64,000 nt of DNA from Chiloscyllium plagiosum (Eukaryota), in the NCBI RefSeq assembly GCF_004010195.1, contig NC_057733.1, positions 39,312,668 to 39,376,667 on the forward strand. The letters are read 5' to 3'. The number at the start of each line of letters is the position of its first letter. Within the stretch, counting starts at the first letter, position 1. This document shows, piece after piece, positions 26,559-38,832 of this stretch. The translations under genes and the position numbers were made by a program. A model generated the notes under the pieces. It ran no database searches. It saw only the letters and a list, made by a program, of their open reading frames with translations, and had not been told where the DNA came from.

Positions 26559-27796
26559 GTCATAGAGTCATAGACATGTACAGCACAGAAGCAGATACTT
26601 TGGTCCAACTTGTCCATGCCGACCAGATATCCCAACCTAAACCAGTCCCATTTGCCAACACTTGGCCCATATCCCTCTAAATCTTTCCTATTCACATATC
26701 CAGATGCCTCTTAAATGTTGCAATTGTACTAGCCTCTACCACTTCCTCTGGCAGCTCATTCCATACATGTACCACCCTCTGTGTGAAAAAGTTGCCCCTT
26801 AGTTCTCTTTTATATCTTTCCCCTCTCACCCTAAACTTATGCCCTCCAGTTCTGAACTCCCCAACCCCAGGGAAAAGATTTTGTCTATTTATCCTATCCA
26901 TGCCCCTCATGATTTTATCACCCTCAGCCTTTGACACTCCAGGGAAAACAGCCCCGGCCTATTCAGGTCTCCCTATAGCTCAAATCCTTCAACCCTGGCA
27001 AAATTGAGGCACGGTGGCACAATGGTTAGCACTGCTGCCTCACAGCGCCAGAGACCCGAGTTCAATTCCCGCCTCAGGCGACTTTCTGTGTGGAGCTTGC
27101 ACATTTTCCCTGTGCTCCGGTTTCCTCCCACAATCCAAAAATGTGCAGGTTAGGTGAATTGGCCATGTTAGATAAATGTAGGGGGAATGGGTCTGGGTGG
27201 GTTATGCTTCGGAAGGTCGGTGTGGACTTGTTGGGCCGAAGGGCCTGTTTCCACACTGTAAGTAAGCTAATCTAAATCCTTGTAAGTCTTTTCTGAACCC
27301 TTTCAAGTTTCACAACATCCTTCCGATAGGAAGGAGATTAGAACTGCACACAATATTCCAACAGCGGACTAATCAATGTCCTGAAAACCAGCAACATTAT
27401 CTCCCAATTCCTATACTCGATGCTGACCAATAAAGGAAAGCATACCAAATGCCTTCTTCACTATCCTTTCTGTCTGTGACTCTCCTTTCAAGGTACTATG
27501 AACCTGCACTCCAAGGTCTCTTTGTTCAGCAACACTCCCCAGGACCTTACCATTAAGTGTATCAGTCCTGCCCTGGTTTGCTTTCCCAAAATGCAGCACC
27601 TCACATTTATCAAAATGAAACTCATCTGCCATTTCTCAGCCCATTGACCCATCTGATCAAGAACCCAATTGTAATCCAAGGTAACCTTCTTCGCTGTCCA
27701 CTACACCTCCAATTTTGGTGTCATCTAAAAACTTACTAACTATACCTTCTATGTGCATATCCAAATCATTTATATAAATGATGAAAAGTAGTGGAC
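26559..27796 (-). mobile_element. HER1-like CR1 LINE interrupted by a SINE
   Basis: ORFs 26692-26937 and 27411-27632 (DKCEVLHFGKAN); reverse tail gtcatagagtcatag. Confidence 0.93.
27007..27275 (+). mobile_element. HE1-like tRNA-derived SINE
   Basis: A box tggcacaatgg, B box gagttcaattcc, tail gggccgaagggcctgtttccacactgt...ctaatctaa. Confidence 0.92.
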
Positions 27797-28159
27797 TGTC
27801 TGTCCCTACATTCAAAGAGTCCTAACAGCAGCATTCCAATGAGAGGAGCCTAACAGTCTGAAGTGCACTACTGAAGTGCAGAAGCCTATTCTAAGTGGAC
27901 TGGAGATGTGCCATACTGATGTAGTGAGGCTGGTACATGTTAAATGCCAATGTGTATGGATGGAGGTTGTGTGAAGTCACTACCTATGGCCTGAAATGTT
28001 GGTGCTGGGTGCAAGAGGTCCCAACGAGCAAATAAGTGACCGAGAGTCACTAGGTAACCAAATTTTATGTCTGGAATTGTTGCCATCTGGTTTCAATTGA
28101 GCAGATGGGAGAACGGAAAATTGTCTAATAATGAGACAAGATTAACTAATAAGACCTAA

Positions 28160-29015
28160 CACCATAAGAAGTAGGAACAGGAAGAGGTTGTTTGGCTCTT
28201 TGAACCGACTCTGCCATTCAATAGGATCATGGCTGATCTGATACTCCTCAGGTCCAATTTCTTGCCCTTTCCCCATAATACTTGCAAAAATAGAGATTGT
28301 TGGAAAAGCTCAGCAGGTCCGGCAGCATCTGGGGAGAGAAATGAGAGTTAATGTTTCGGTTTAAAGGAGCCTGCCTCAGAATCCCATAATAGTTGATTCT
28401 CTTACAGGTCAAGAACCTATCTCACTGTTAAATTTACACAAGGAGTCAGCCCCCTTAGATCTCAGTGTGTAAAGACTCAAAATTCCTGCTCATCTCAGTG
28501 TTAAATGTATACCCCTTAATTCTGAGATGATGCCCTCTGATTTAAGACTGTTCCACGAGGAGAAATATTCTCTCAAGTCCCCGAACAATCCACTTTGTAT
28601 CAATGAGATCAACTCCCATTTTTCTAAACTCAGTGAATAGAGTCCCAACCTGTTTAGCTTTTGCTCATAATAAAATTCTTCCATACCAAGGATCATCTGA
28701 GTGAACCTTCTCTGAACTGCTTCCAATTAAATAATATATTTCCTTAAGTAAGGGATCAAAACAGCTCACAGTACTCCAGACGTCACCTCACCAGCAGCAG
28801 TTGCAGTAAGACTTCCCCACTCTTATGCTTGAAATAAGGACCAACATTCCATTAGCTTCCTGACTATCTGCTGCCCCTATGGGCTGGCTTTCTGTTTTGT
28901 GCGCAAGGACCCTCAAGCTCCTTTGTGTTGCAGCTTTCTGGAGTTTTTCTCCATGCAAGAAACACTCTGTTCTGTTGTCCTCCCTTCTAAAATCAACAAG
29001 TTCATATATTTTCAT
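28160..29015 (-). mobile_element. Old CR1 3' portion
   Basis: ORF 28490-28726 EAVQRRFTQMILGM; reverse tail accataagaagtaggaacagga. Confidence 0.85.
28285..28382 (-). mobile_element. Single PLE-derived arm with 13-bp TSD
   Basis: ggaaaagctcagcaggtccggcagcatct...gttaatgtttcgg; TSD cccataataSttg at 28272-28284 and 28383-28395. Confidence 0.8.
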
Positions 29016-29020
29016 TCATA

Positions 29021-29338
29021 ATTAGATTAGATTAGATTACTTACAGTGTGGAAACAGGCCCTTCGGCCCAACAAGTCCACACCGCCCCGCCTAAGCGCAG
29101 CCCACCCATACCCCTACATTTACCCCTTACCTAACACTACGGGCAATTTAGCATGGCCAATTCAACTGACTTGCACATCTTTGGACGGTAGGAGGAAACC
29201 GGAGCACCCAGAGGAAACCCATGCAGACACGGGGAGAATGGGCAAACTCCACACAGTCAGTTGCCTGAGGCAGGAATTGAACCCGGGTCTCTGGCGCTGT
29301 GAGGCAGCAGTGCTAACCACTGTGCCACCGTGCCACCC
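29021..29338 (-). mobile_element. HE1-like SINE, full length
   Basis: (attag)n reverse tail, gaattgaacccggg B box, head tgtgccaccgtgccaccc. Confidence 0.95.
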
Positions 29339-29625
29339 ATGAGCATAATATGATGCTGATCCATGCAAATAAGACTTTCATTGCTCATGAACGGGAATCT
29401 CATCTTGCTTTTCAATACTTGGCTGGAAAATGAGATTTTATTTTGCTCCTGATGTTGAGAAGCTCCTCATTGGCCACTGACATGGCTTTATCTGTTTCCT
29501 TGCCATGGCCCTTATCATTCAGGGACGGCAAGATTCTGCTTCATGTGTTCTAACTGATAATGTACATTTTCACTATTATGAAAAGAATAGAACTATAAAA
29601 TCCATTAAAAGGTTGCGCAGAAATG

Positions 29626-29947
29626 CGGCACGGTGGCACTGATGGGTGGCACAGTGGTTAGCACTGCTGCGTCACAGCTCCAGAGACCCGGGTTCAATTC
29701 CCACCTCAGGCAACTCTCTGTGTGGAGTTTGCATATTCTCCCCGTGTCTGCATGGGTTTCCTCCGGGCGCTCCGATTTCCTCCCACAATCCAAAAAAATG
29801 TGCAGGTTAGGTGAATTGGCCATGCTAAATTGCCCGTAGTATTAGGTGAAGGGGTAAATGTAGGGAAATGGGTCTGGGTGGATTGCGGTTTGGTGTGGAC
29901 TTGTTGGGCCAAAGGGCCTGTTTCCACACTGTAAGTAGTCTAATCTA
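29626..29947 (+). mobile_element. HE1-like SINE with partly duplicated head
   Basis: ggcacggtggcactgatgggtggcacagtggttagc; tail ctaatcta; possible TSD aaatgc (29621-29626, 29948-29953). Confidence 0.95.
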
Positions 29948-29999
29948 AAATGCAATTTTAAAGCATTGTGGGAGCTTGTCACGGTCTAATGATATAGAG

Positions 30000-30675
30000 T
30001 CAGCCATTTTGGTCAGAGATAAGGAGAAATGTTTTCACCCAGAATGTGTGAAATTCCATGTCACATAAAGCAAATGAAGCCAAAACACTATGATTTCAAG
30101 GAGTTGGATACAGCACTTGGAACTAAAGGTATTAAAGGATAGGAGGAAAAGTAGGAAAAGTTTGTAGAGTTGGGTGATCAGCCATGAGCATAAAGAATGG
30201 CTGAGCAGGCTTGAATGGACTAATCCTGCTTCTATTTTCTATGTTGTGTGCAATTGACTGCTGTGGTTTCTACTTAACATGTACAAATAAAGGAACAGAA
30301 GTAGGCCATTCAGCCCCTTGAGCTGTTCAGTGAGATTCATTCAATGAGATCATAGCTCATTTGTGGCTTAACTGCATATACCAGCCTTTGGCCCATGTCT
30401 CTTAATACCTTTGCTTGACAGAAATTTATCTCAGGTTTAAAATTAACAACTGATTCTGGATCCACTGCCATTTGTGGAAGAGTTCCAAACATCTGCTAAG
30501 CTTTATGTGCAGAATTGCTTCCTAACATCTCTCCTGGACCGTCTGGCACTAATTCTCAGACTATGTCCCTATTTCTAGAATCTTCAATCAACAAATAGTT
30601 CATCCACCATGTCTTTTCCTGTTAATGTCTTGAACGCTTTGATTAAATCACTCCTTAGCCTTCTAAATTCTTGTG
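30000..30675. mobile_element. Two old CR1 3' ends tail to tail (plus ~30000-30245, minus ~30285-30675)
   Basis: gatcagccatga...cctgcttctattttctatgt, and reverse ggaacagaagtaggccattcagcccc. Confidence 0.7.
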
Positions 30676-30721
30676 ACAATACTTCAAAAGCTGCTTCAGT
30701 GGCTGTAAACTGCTTTTCCTT

Positions 30722-31045
30722 TAATTCATTCATGGAAGTCACTGGCCAGGCCAGCATTGATTGTTCATCTCTAATTACCCAGAGGACAGTCAAGAATCAA
30801 TTACGCTGCTGTGGGGCTAAAGTCACAAATAGGCAAGACCAGGTCAGGCAGATTTCCTTTCCCAAAGGATATTCATGAACCAGATAGACTTTTGCAACAA
30901 ATGGCAATGGTTACATGGTCACTATTAGGTTAATGTTTTGTTTCAGATTTTTATTGAATTCAAATTTCAGCATAGTGGGGTTCAAACCCATGTCCTGAGA
31001 ATATTAGCCTGAGGTTCTGGGTTACTAGCCTCGTGACATTACTGC
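30722..31045 (-). mobile_element. tRNA-derived SINE of a second family (also 43996, 46685, 48230, 58420)
   Basis: Shared blocks gcagatttcctt / ttattgaattcaaattt / gggttcaaacccatgtc. Confidence 0.75.
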
Positions 31046-31687
31046 TTTCCCTTTGGGACATCTTAATGTTGTGAAAATTGCTCAGTATAAGTTGTTCTTT
31101 TCAAAGTTGTAAAGAGATAATTATATAACTGAGAAGAACGAGAACACCAGACGGTTCTCTACCTCTTCCTCCCCACTCTTCAACAAGGTTACATGAGCTG
31201 ACTTCGCTTTAAAAATAGTACAACCACAAGATACTAATGTCTGAGTAAATATTTTACTTTGCCACTGTGGAATTTCATCAGCATCATTACAGTGTAGGGA
31301 GGTGAATGTTTTCAGCATTTCATCTTGCGTTGGAAGATTTTTCTATTTCACTGAGAAATTCTTTAAATATTTTATATCTATGTATTGTAAGACAAGGTGA
31401 CAAGGGGGAACTAGCTCCTCTCTTTTTAAACCCATCTTGATGGATAACAGCAGTCCTTTCATTTACTTTCGCATGAAGCTATTTCACATGTCAATTAGGT
31501 TTGTAGTTAACTAGATCAAAATGAATTACAAGGTGTTTTTGAGTGAAAGGAAGAGGAATTTTGTTACTTACTAACTCTTAGATAAATAATAAAAGCATGA
31601 CTTTAAACACATCCATGACATAGGTTATGAGTTGTAAAGCTTGACTATCTTACAGATAGGAAGAATAAAGGCTACACAGTTTAAAAG

Positions 31688-31929
31688 AAAACTAAAATAA
31701 AACAAAGAACTGTGAACACTGCAAATCTGAACCAAAATCAGAGATTGTTGGCAAAACTCAACAGGATTGGCAGTTGGTCACTGGAGTCGAAACATTAAAT
31801 CTGCTTTCTTCCCTCAGATGCTGTCAGACCTGTTGAGCTTCACGAGGGAAGAAAACAGATTTAGTGTTTCGACTCTGGTGACCAGCTGCCAATCCTGCTG
31901 AGTTTTGCCAACAATTTCTGATTTTGTTG
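31688..31929. mobile_element. PLE-derived element refolded into an 83-bp inverted repeat, 14-bp TSD
   Basis: Arms 31733-31815 and 31844-31926 (7 mismatches); TSD acacagtttaaaag at 31674-31687 and 31930-31943. Confidence 0.88.
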
Positions 31930-32081
31930 ACACAGTTTAAAAGTCTTTAGTCGATATTAGTCTTTAGTCTTTAGCCTTAGACTATAGTTATTTATTTGTT
32001 GATTGGTATCCTCAGCAATGGTGAAGCTAATAGATATCTCTGAATTTTCACTGAATGGTTATTTCCCCAATATCATCAAGT

Positions 32082-33323
32082 GGTTGGCAAACATGGTGCC
32101 ACTGTTTAAGAAGGGTGGTAAGGACAAGCCAGGGAACTATAGACCAGTGAGCCTGATCTTGGTGGTGAGCACGTTGTTGGAGGGAATCCTGAGGGACAGG
32201 ATGTACATGTATTTGGAAAGGCAAGGACTGATTAGGGAAAGTCAACATGGCTTTGTGCTTGGGATATCATGTCTCACAAACTTGATTGAGTTTTTTGATG
32301 AAGTAACAAAGAAGATTGATGAGGGCAGAGCAGTAGATGTGATCTATATTGACTTCAGTAAGGCATTCGACAAGGTTCCCCATGGAAGACTGATTAGCAA
32401 GGTTAGATCTCATGGAATACAGGGAGAACTAGCCATTTGGATACAGAACTGGCTCAAAGGTAGAAGACAGAGGGTGGTGGTGGAGGGTTGTTTTTCAGAC
32501 TGGNNNNNNNNNNNNNNNNNNNNNNNNNNNNNNNNNNNNNNNNNNNNNNNNNNNNNNNNNNNNNNNNNNNNNNNNNNNNNNNNNNNNNNNNNNNNNNNNN
32601 NNNNNNNNNNNNNNNNNNNNNNNNNNNNNNNNNNNNNNNNNNNNNNNNNNNNNNNNNNNNNNNNNNNNNNNNNNNNNNNNNNNNNNNNNNNNNNNNNNNN
32701 NNNNNNNNNNNNNNNNNNNNNNNNNNNNNNNNNNNNNNNNNNNNNNNNNNNNNNNNNNNNNNNNNNNNNNNNNNNNNNNNNNNNNNNNNNNNNNNNNNNN
32801 NNNNNNNNNNNNNNNNNNNNNNNNNNNNNNNNNNNNNNNNNNNNNNNNNNNNNNNNNNNNNNNNNNNNNNNNNNNNNNNNNNNNNNNNGATCTGAGCTAC
32901 AGGGAGAGGCTGAACAGTCTGGGGCTGTTTTCTCTGGAGTGTCGGAGGCTGAGGGGTGATCTTATAGAGGTTTACAAAATTATGAGGGGCATGGATAGGA
33001 TAAATAGGCAAAGTCTTTCCAGAACTAGAGGGCATAGGTTTAGGGTGAGAGGGGAAAGATATAAAAGAGACCTAGGGGGCAACGTTTTCACGCAGAGGGT
33101 GGTACGTGTATGGAATGAGCTGCCAGAGGATGTAGTGGAAGCTGGTACAATTGCAACACTTAAGAGGCATTTGGATGGGTATATGAATAGGAAGGGTTTG
33201 GAGGGATATGGGCCAGGTGCTGGCAGGTGGGACTAGATTGGGTTGGGATATCTGTTCGGCATGGACGAGTTGGACTGAAGGGTCTGTTTCCATGCTGTAC
33301 ATCTCTATGACTCTATGACTCTA
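32082..33323 (+). mobile_element. 5'-truncated HER1-like CR1 spanning an assembly gap
   Basis: NYRPVSL, QHGF, DFSKAFDKVPH before the gap; C-terminus and ctctatgactctatgactcta after it; possible TSD aagtg. Confidence 0.93.
32504..32888. other. Assembly gap (385 N)
   Basis: Run of n characters. Confidence 1.
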
Positions 33324-34440
33324 AGTGCTTTTTCAAAGATTAAGACAGACACAGAGATGGATATTCTTTCATTCCTTTCTGCTGCCCATGCATGTTCATT
33401 CTCTCTGCCCTGTTGCTCAAAAGCAGCTGTTGAAATATAATTCACTATTTGTTCCTTGGTCTAGCTTCATGGTCTTTGCAAGCTGGTTAAGCAGCAGATA
33501 AGACTTTCATCTCCCAACATGTGAAATTATCGTGTAAGACTGAATTAAAATAGGAAATCCAGTTTCAAGTTTCTTGACACATCCTGTCTGGCTTCAATGT
33601 CTTCAGATAATTTGAGAATGGTTTTTTATATTCCAAATTGGACTCCTGGTTCAATCTTAATTTGTGTTCAAGTAATCAACAGCCATTTTAGTTTATTAAT
33701 TGTTCTTTTTAAAACTATTTTAGTCCATGAAAAGTCTTGGGAATGACAATCAGATACTGGACATTAAAATTTGATTGTCCATATTGACGACTTTCATAAC
33801 AGTATGCATCTGCAATGGACATTGGTGTTGATCACACCCGGTAATACATTTCACCTAGGATTATTTTTAATGGGGAAATCTGTTTCACAGTGAAATCATT
33901 GGAGGTTGGAAATGTTTGCATTTGTGCTGAGAACTGTTCAAAATCCTGAAAGTGGATTTCTCTTCACTGAAGATCAGGGGCTATTATTTGTTATTCGTGC
34001 TGATTGAGACTCACCTCTTTGCTACTGTCTCATTCAGCCTTCCCCATTCTGAAGTCCTTTTTCTCTGTAATCAAGAGATTACTGAATGAATTTAACCTTG
34101 ACTCAGATCAGACGCTTGCTGAGTAGAGGAGCATGCAGGGCTCAGGACAAATCCTGAAGAGCAACATATCAGGATTGTGCCTCCAGCCTGCTGAAAATGT
34201 AGCCCTTGTTTAAAACATGGCCACATTCCTTTAAGCTGTTGACAGAAACATCTGTAATATCCACCTATTCTGGGAAGTGTGAAAGCCATTAATCATTGTA
34301 AGGGTTAAAAATATTAGAAAGCTTTGCTTTTTGCCCTCATGGGGTTCATTTTTTTTGTTTCATAACTCAAGCAAAAGCTTCTACAATTGTTGATCTCACT
34401 TTTTTAAAGCATAGCTCTTTTGCTTGGCACTGCTGTATTT

Positions 34441-34454
34441 GTTGCCATAGCAAC
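34441..34454. promoter_or_regulatory. RFX X-box motif in unique sequence (function untested)
   Basis: GTTGCCATAGCAAC fits GTNRCC-N2-RGYAAC. Confidence 0.45.
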
Positions 34455-35499
34455 ATTTATATTGCAGTGAAACTCAGTAAAGTAAATCACACCTACAAGG
34501 ATTGAGATGTAAATTTTTGCTGTCAGGAGTTCTGCATTACAGATGCCAGCGGCTTATTGCCTCTCGGACCTTTTCCATGAGGCAGTGGCTTTACGTTTCT
34601 TGGTTTAGTTACACTAAGTGTTACACCCAGTATCAGCTGATGTTGGACAACACAAACATCTTATCCTCATGAGTAAAATATTTACAGATGAAATGGAACA
34701 AACCTGTCCTTCACTGTTTTTCCTTCTTGCATCATATATCCCTTTGTGGTTAGTGTGCAGGCCACCCATGCATTTGAACCAGATGGCACAGATCTTATGG
34801 ACTGAATGCCAATCAACACTTTTGCAAATTGGGCACGGATCAAAGTGGAAAATTTTCTTTTGCAATGCAAGTTATGTGAGTTACCTGCCCAATAATATCA
34901 TGAAGTTGAGGTCTGATTTGTCCAGCTGTCTGATGAAGCATCAGAAACCATAAACCACTGCAGTATAGTTGTTTTATGAAACACAGTTGAGCTGCTGGGT
35001 GTCTTTGTTTTGCTCATCGACCCTCTTCTGAACATGTTTATTTCTCTGATAAACTGGGGTTCATTTCTGGAGAGCCATTTTCCATCTGGTGTCCCCCTAA
35101 GAGGGCTGTTCTTCATGTATGAGCTAAGACTAATCAACTTCAGGGTATTGCAGCCAAGTATGATCTTGAGTCGAACCACTGGCTGATTTATCTCTCCCTA
35201 ACCCAAATTGCGAGGGCCACATTGTAGCTTCTGCTCATTATAGTGGCTGGCATCAGTCGACTTAGCATGGATCCTACATGAGTGTGAGATCTTCCTGCTC
35301 TTTAAATTTATAATCAGCTGAACCGTTCGGTAGCTCAAGTCTTTTTATTTAGAAAATGTAAAGGAACTTGATTTTATTTTTCTACTGATTTGGACAGATT
35401 TGGCATTGTGCATTTAGTGAAAGCTGTTGTTGTGAGATAGGTGAACATAAGAAATAGAACCAGGAGTAATACATACAACCGTCTGAGTGTATTCTATTA

Positions 35500-36099
35500 A
35501 CATAGAACATAGAACATAGAACAATACAGCACAGAACAGGCCCTTCGGCCCACGATGTTGTGCCGAACTTCTAACCTAGATTAAGTACCCATCCATGTAC
35601 CTATCCAAATGCCGCTTAAAGGTCGCCAATGATTCCGACTCTACCACTCCCACGGGCAGCGCATTCCATGCCCCCACCACTCTCTGGGTAAAGAACCCAC
35701 CCCTGACATCTCCCCTATACCTTCCACCCTTCACCTTAAATTTATGTCCCCTTGTAACACTCTGTTCTACCCGGGGAAAAAGTTTCTGACTGTCTACTCT
35801 ATCTATTCCTCTGATCATCTTATAAACCTCTATCAAGTCACCCCTCATCCTTCGCCGTTCCAACGAGAAAAGGCCGAGAACTCTCAACTTATCCTCGTAC
35901 GACTTCCTCTCCATTCCAGGCAACATCCTGGTAAATCTTCTCTGCACCCTCTCCAAAGCTTCCACATCTTTCCTAAAGTGAGGCGACCAGAACTGCACAC
36001 AGTACTCCAACTGTGGCCTAACCAAAGTCCTGTACAGCTGCAACATCACTTCACGACTCTTGAATTCAATCCCTCTGCTAATGAACGATAATACTCCAT
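35500..36099 (-). mobile_element. Young CR1 3' fragment, (acataga)n-tail subfamily, nested in an older CR1 tail
   Basis: Open ORF 35576-36115 (LYRTLVRPQLEYCVQFWSP...FFTQRVVGAWNALP); CpGs retained; host tail at 35443-35495 resumes ~36096-36120. Confidence 0.93.
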
Positions 36100-36769
36100 T
36101 GTTGACCAAGATCATGGCTTTTCTTCTATTTCACCTGCACTTTCATGGCCTTGGACAGTATGTAGTCTGATACGTAATTTCTGCAGGAATGATGAGCTTG
36201 AAAAGTACAAAAATATGATTATAACATTAGAAATTGACAGACTATGGCAACTGGTGTAATATCAGTGCTCAAAATGTTAAATAAATGAGTTACAATCTAC
36301 TAAAAAAATGCAAATTATCCATCAAGAATCTAATATTTCTCCTGGCAAATGTCTTGGTGACAGGATCCAGACCTAAGCATTCTCAGGAATCGAATGCCAC
36401 AGGCAGCACCTACCTGATTGAAGTAACCCATAAAATGATTCCCATTTTATTTTCAAAGTCTTGATCCATCTTGAAGAGCAATTTTGAGGGCAAGAATTTT
36501 GGTGCAAGTGCAACAACTTGATAAGTGGCAGTACAATAGTGATTTCATTGAGATAGACATTGCATGACTATGAGATAATATTGTTAAACATATGGTAAGG
36601 ATTGGGGCTAACTTTCTTTTCGTCTCCATCATGCAGACCACGTGAGCCAATTATAGACAGCCCACCGTTGTATTGCTTGATGTCAGCTCATTGGACCAGG
36701 AAGTAAACCTTGACTTCATTGCTTTGAAGAGTCCTGTGCCACATTGTTTATCTTCTGAGCCCCCAGAAA

Positions 36770-37232
36770 GAGGCTCAATATTAAATCTTAATCGGAAAGG
36801 GTACTGTGGAGAATTATACATGAATTGAAAGACTTTGAAAATGCAGAGGCTAGAGAAGCTAGCTTTCCTTCAAACTGAGAAAATTAAAAAGAGAGTACTT
36901 CAGAGTTATGAAGGGTTTTGAGAAAGAATGAGGAGAAACTGCTTCCACAGCAAGCACAGTTATTAACTAGAGTTTGCAGAATTAAGATACTTGGCAAGAG
37001 AATGACAGGCAAGAAGAAAAGTTTACTTTTACACAGCGAGTTGTTACGATCTGGAATGCACAGCCTGAAAGGGTGGTAGAAACAAATTGAATGGCAACTC
37101 TTTAAAGGGAATTAGATGCCCACTTGAAAATGAAAAGTGTGCAGGGCCATCTGGAAAAAGAACAGGGAGCTAATTGTAAATGACACAGGCACGATGGGCT
37201 GAATGGTCTCCATCTGTGCTGTATGATTCAGT
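36770..37232 (+). mobile_element. Old CR1 3' portion
   Basis: ttttacacagcgagttgttacgatctggaatgcac (FTQRVVxIWNA); gatgggctgaatggtctcc tail. Confidence 0.75.
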
Positions 37233-37889
37233 GAAAAATATAAAAGGACAGACATCAATAATGCACATTACTTTGAACAATAATTCAGGAAATAACACCA
37301 TGGAACGAGGGAGGGGTGAGGTGAAATGGGCTAATTTTTTTCTGCTGTGGCTTCCTTTCTTTACTTTGAAGTCAACAGAAATTAAATTTATCGGCAAATC
37401 AGAAAATGCGATATGTCATGGGTAATGAATTCACTCATTTGTTTCAAGACACTTGCACAAACCAATTTCACTCTGTAAACATATAAATACATCAAGCTCA
37501 CATCATAATGTCTTGGTGATCTGATTGTAAATTTCGTGGAGGTTACAGGAAAGAAGAAGAGCATTCAGTGATTTGAAGACTACAAATATTCCAACTTGTT
37601 CAACAAGGGATTATTTGAAGTGAACTGCCTGGATGAATCAGCATTTAATTGAAATGTGACATATGCCTAAATATTCATGAAAGCAGCTACATTGAATACC
37701 TATGGGTATATTTCCATTGCAAATTTCCTGATTGTCCTTTGACATATTGATGAGTGAGGCAGCTTTGGAGTGTAATGATGCTGTAGTCACATGCTGACAT
37801 AGTTTCACAGAGGCATGACGATTGAGCTCCACTCTCCTGTAGACTGTGAGGGTGACCGATTGAGGTCAGACAGCAAATAATACAGTAAA

Positions 37890-38015
37890 ATCCAAAGGTG
37901 TGCAGGCTAGGTGGATTAGCCATGGTCAAATGAGAGATGTGGGATGCTCTTCAGAGGGTCAGTGCAGACTCGATGGACCAAATGGCTTCTATCTGCACCG
38001 TAGGGATACTGTGAT
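37890..38015 (+). mobile_element. Older HE1-related SINE 3' half
   Basis: gtgcaggctaggtggattagccatg block and gatggaccaaatggcttct tail. Confidence 0.65.
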
Positions 38016-38832
38016 ACAGCAAATCTGCTGCAAAATTATTTTTCAAATAAGGAAACGGTAATGTCCGTGCTTTGGGAGACCAAACAAAATTAGAAGTAAT
38101 GATTTTCACCTCTTTCTCACATGTCCTGTACAGAGGAACATCCATAAAAATGAGCCCTTAGATTGTTTCATGCTATGATGCAAAGTGGTGGATTCAAAGT
38201 AGCTGATTTATACATCAAACAACTTCCCCACACTAATAATTACTTCCTAAAAGACGAATTCTACAATTAAAGTTAAACTGTTGATATTGAAAATTTTAAC
38301 ATCAACTTGCTGAGATTGAAATGTGTGGTATGAATCTACTTTCACTATTTAGCATAAGGCACATATCATGGTTTCACCATACAGCTTTGTCATAGAACCA
38401 GGGGACTGAATCGCTTTTCTAAACGCATGCAAGCTACTTAGGAAATTCTAGTGAGGATAGAGGTGGAATAACAATGGAGCCATTCCCAGGGGAACAATCA
38501 AGACATTGCCCAATATCCCAAGTTGATAGCTCCACATGCACAAGCATAAGTATGGACCAACAGGGCTCTTTGGACTGATCCAGTGCTGAACGTTCAAATG
38601 TAATTCAATGTAAATTTGGATGGGGTGTAAAACCAGAGTTTACCTGGGGAGGTGAGGACTCCATCCCAAAGGGTAAAATCCAGTCTATGGTTAATGTAAT
38701 GAATATGTTTAATGTTTTCAAAGTAAACCCTAGAAGGGGACTGTCAAATTCTCCGTGGCTCTGAATTCTCTTAGAATCATCAGGATATTCTATCAATGTG
38801 CTAAATAAGATCAAGGAAATTTATTGAAAGGC

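Noticed and set aside
31942-31990. (tttagtc)n-like run resembling a telomeric repeat
   Set aside because: Only 3-4 degenerate units and not TTAGGG; likely local slippage
32003-33035. 318-, 193- and 135-aa ORFs
   Set aside because: Their length is an artefact of reading through the N gap
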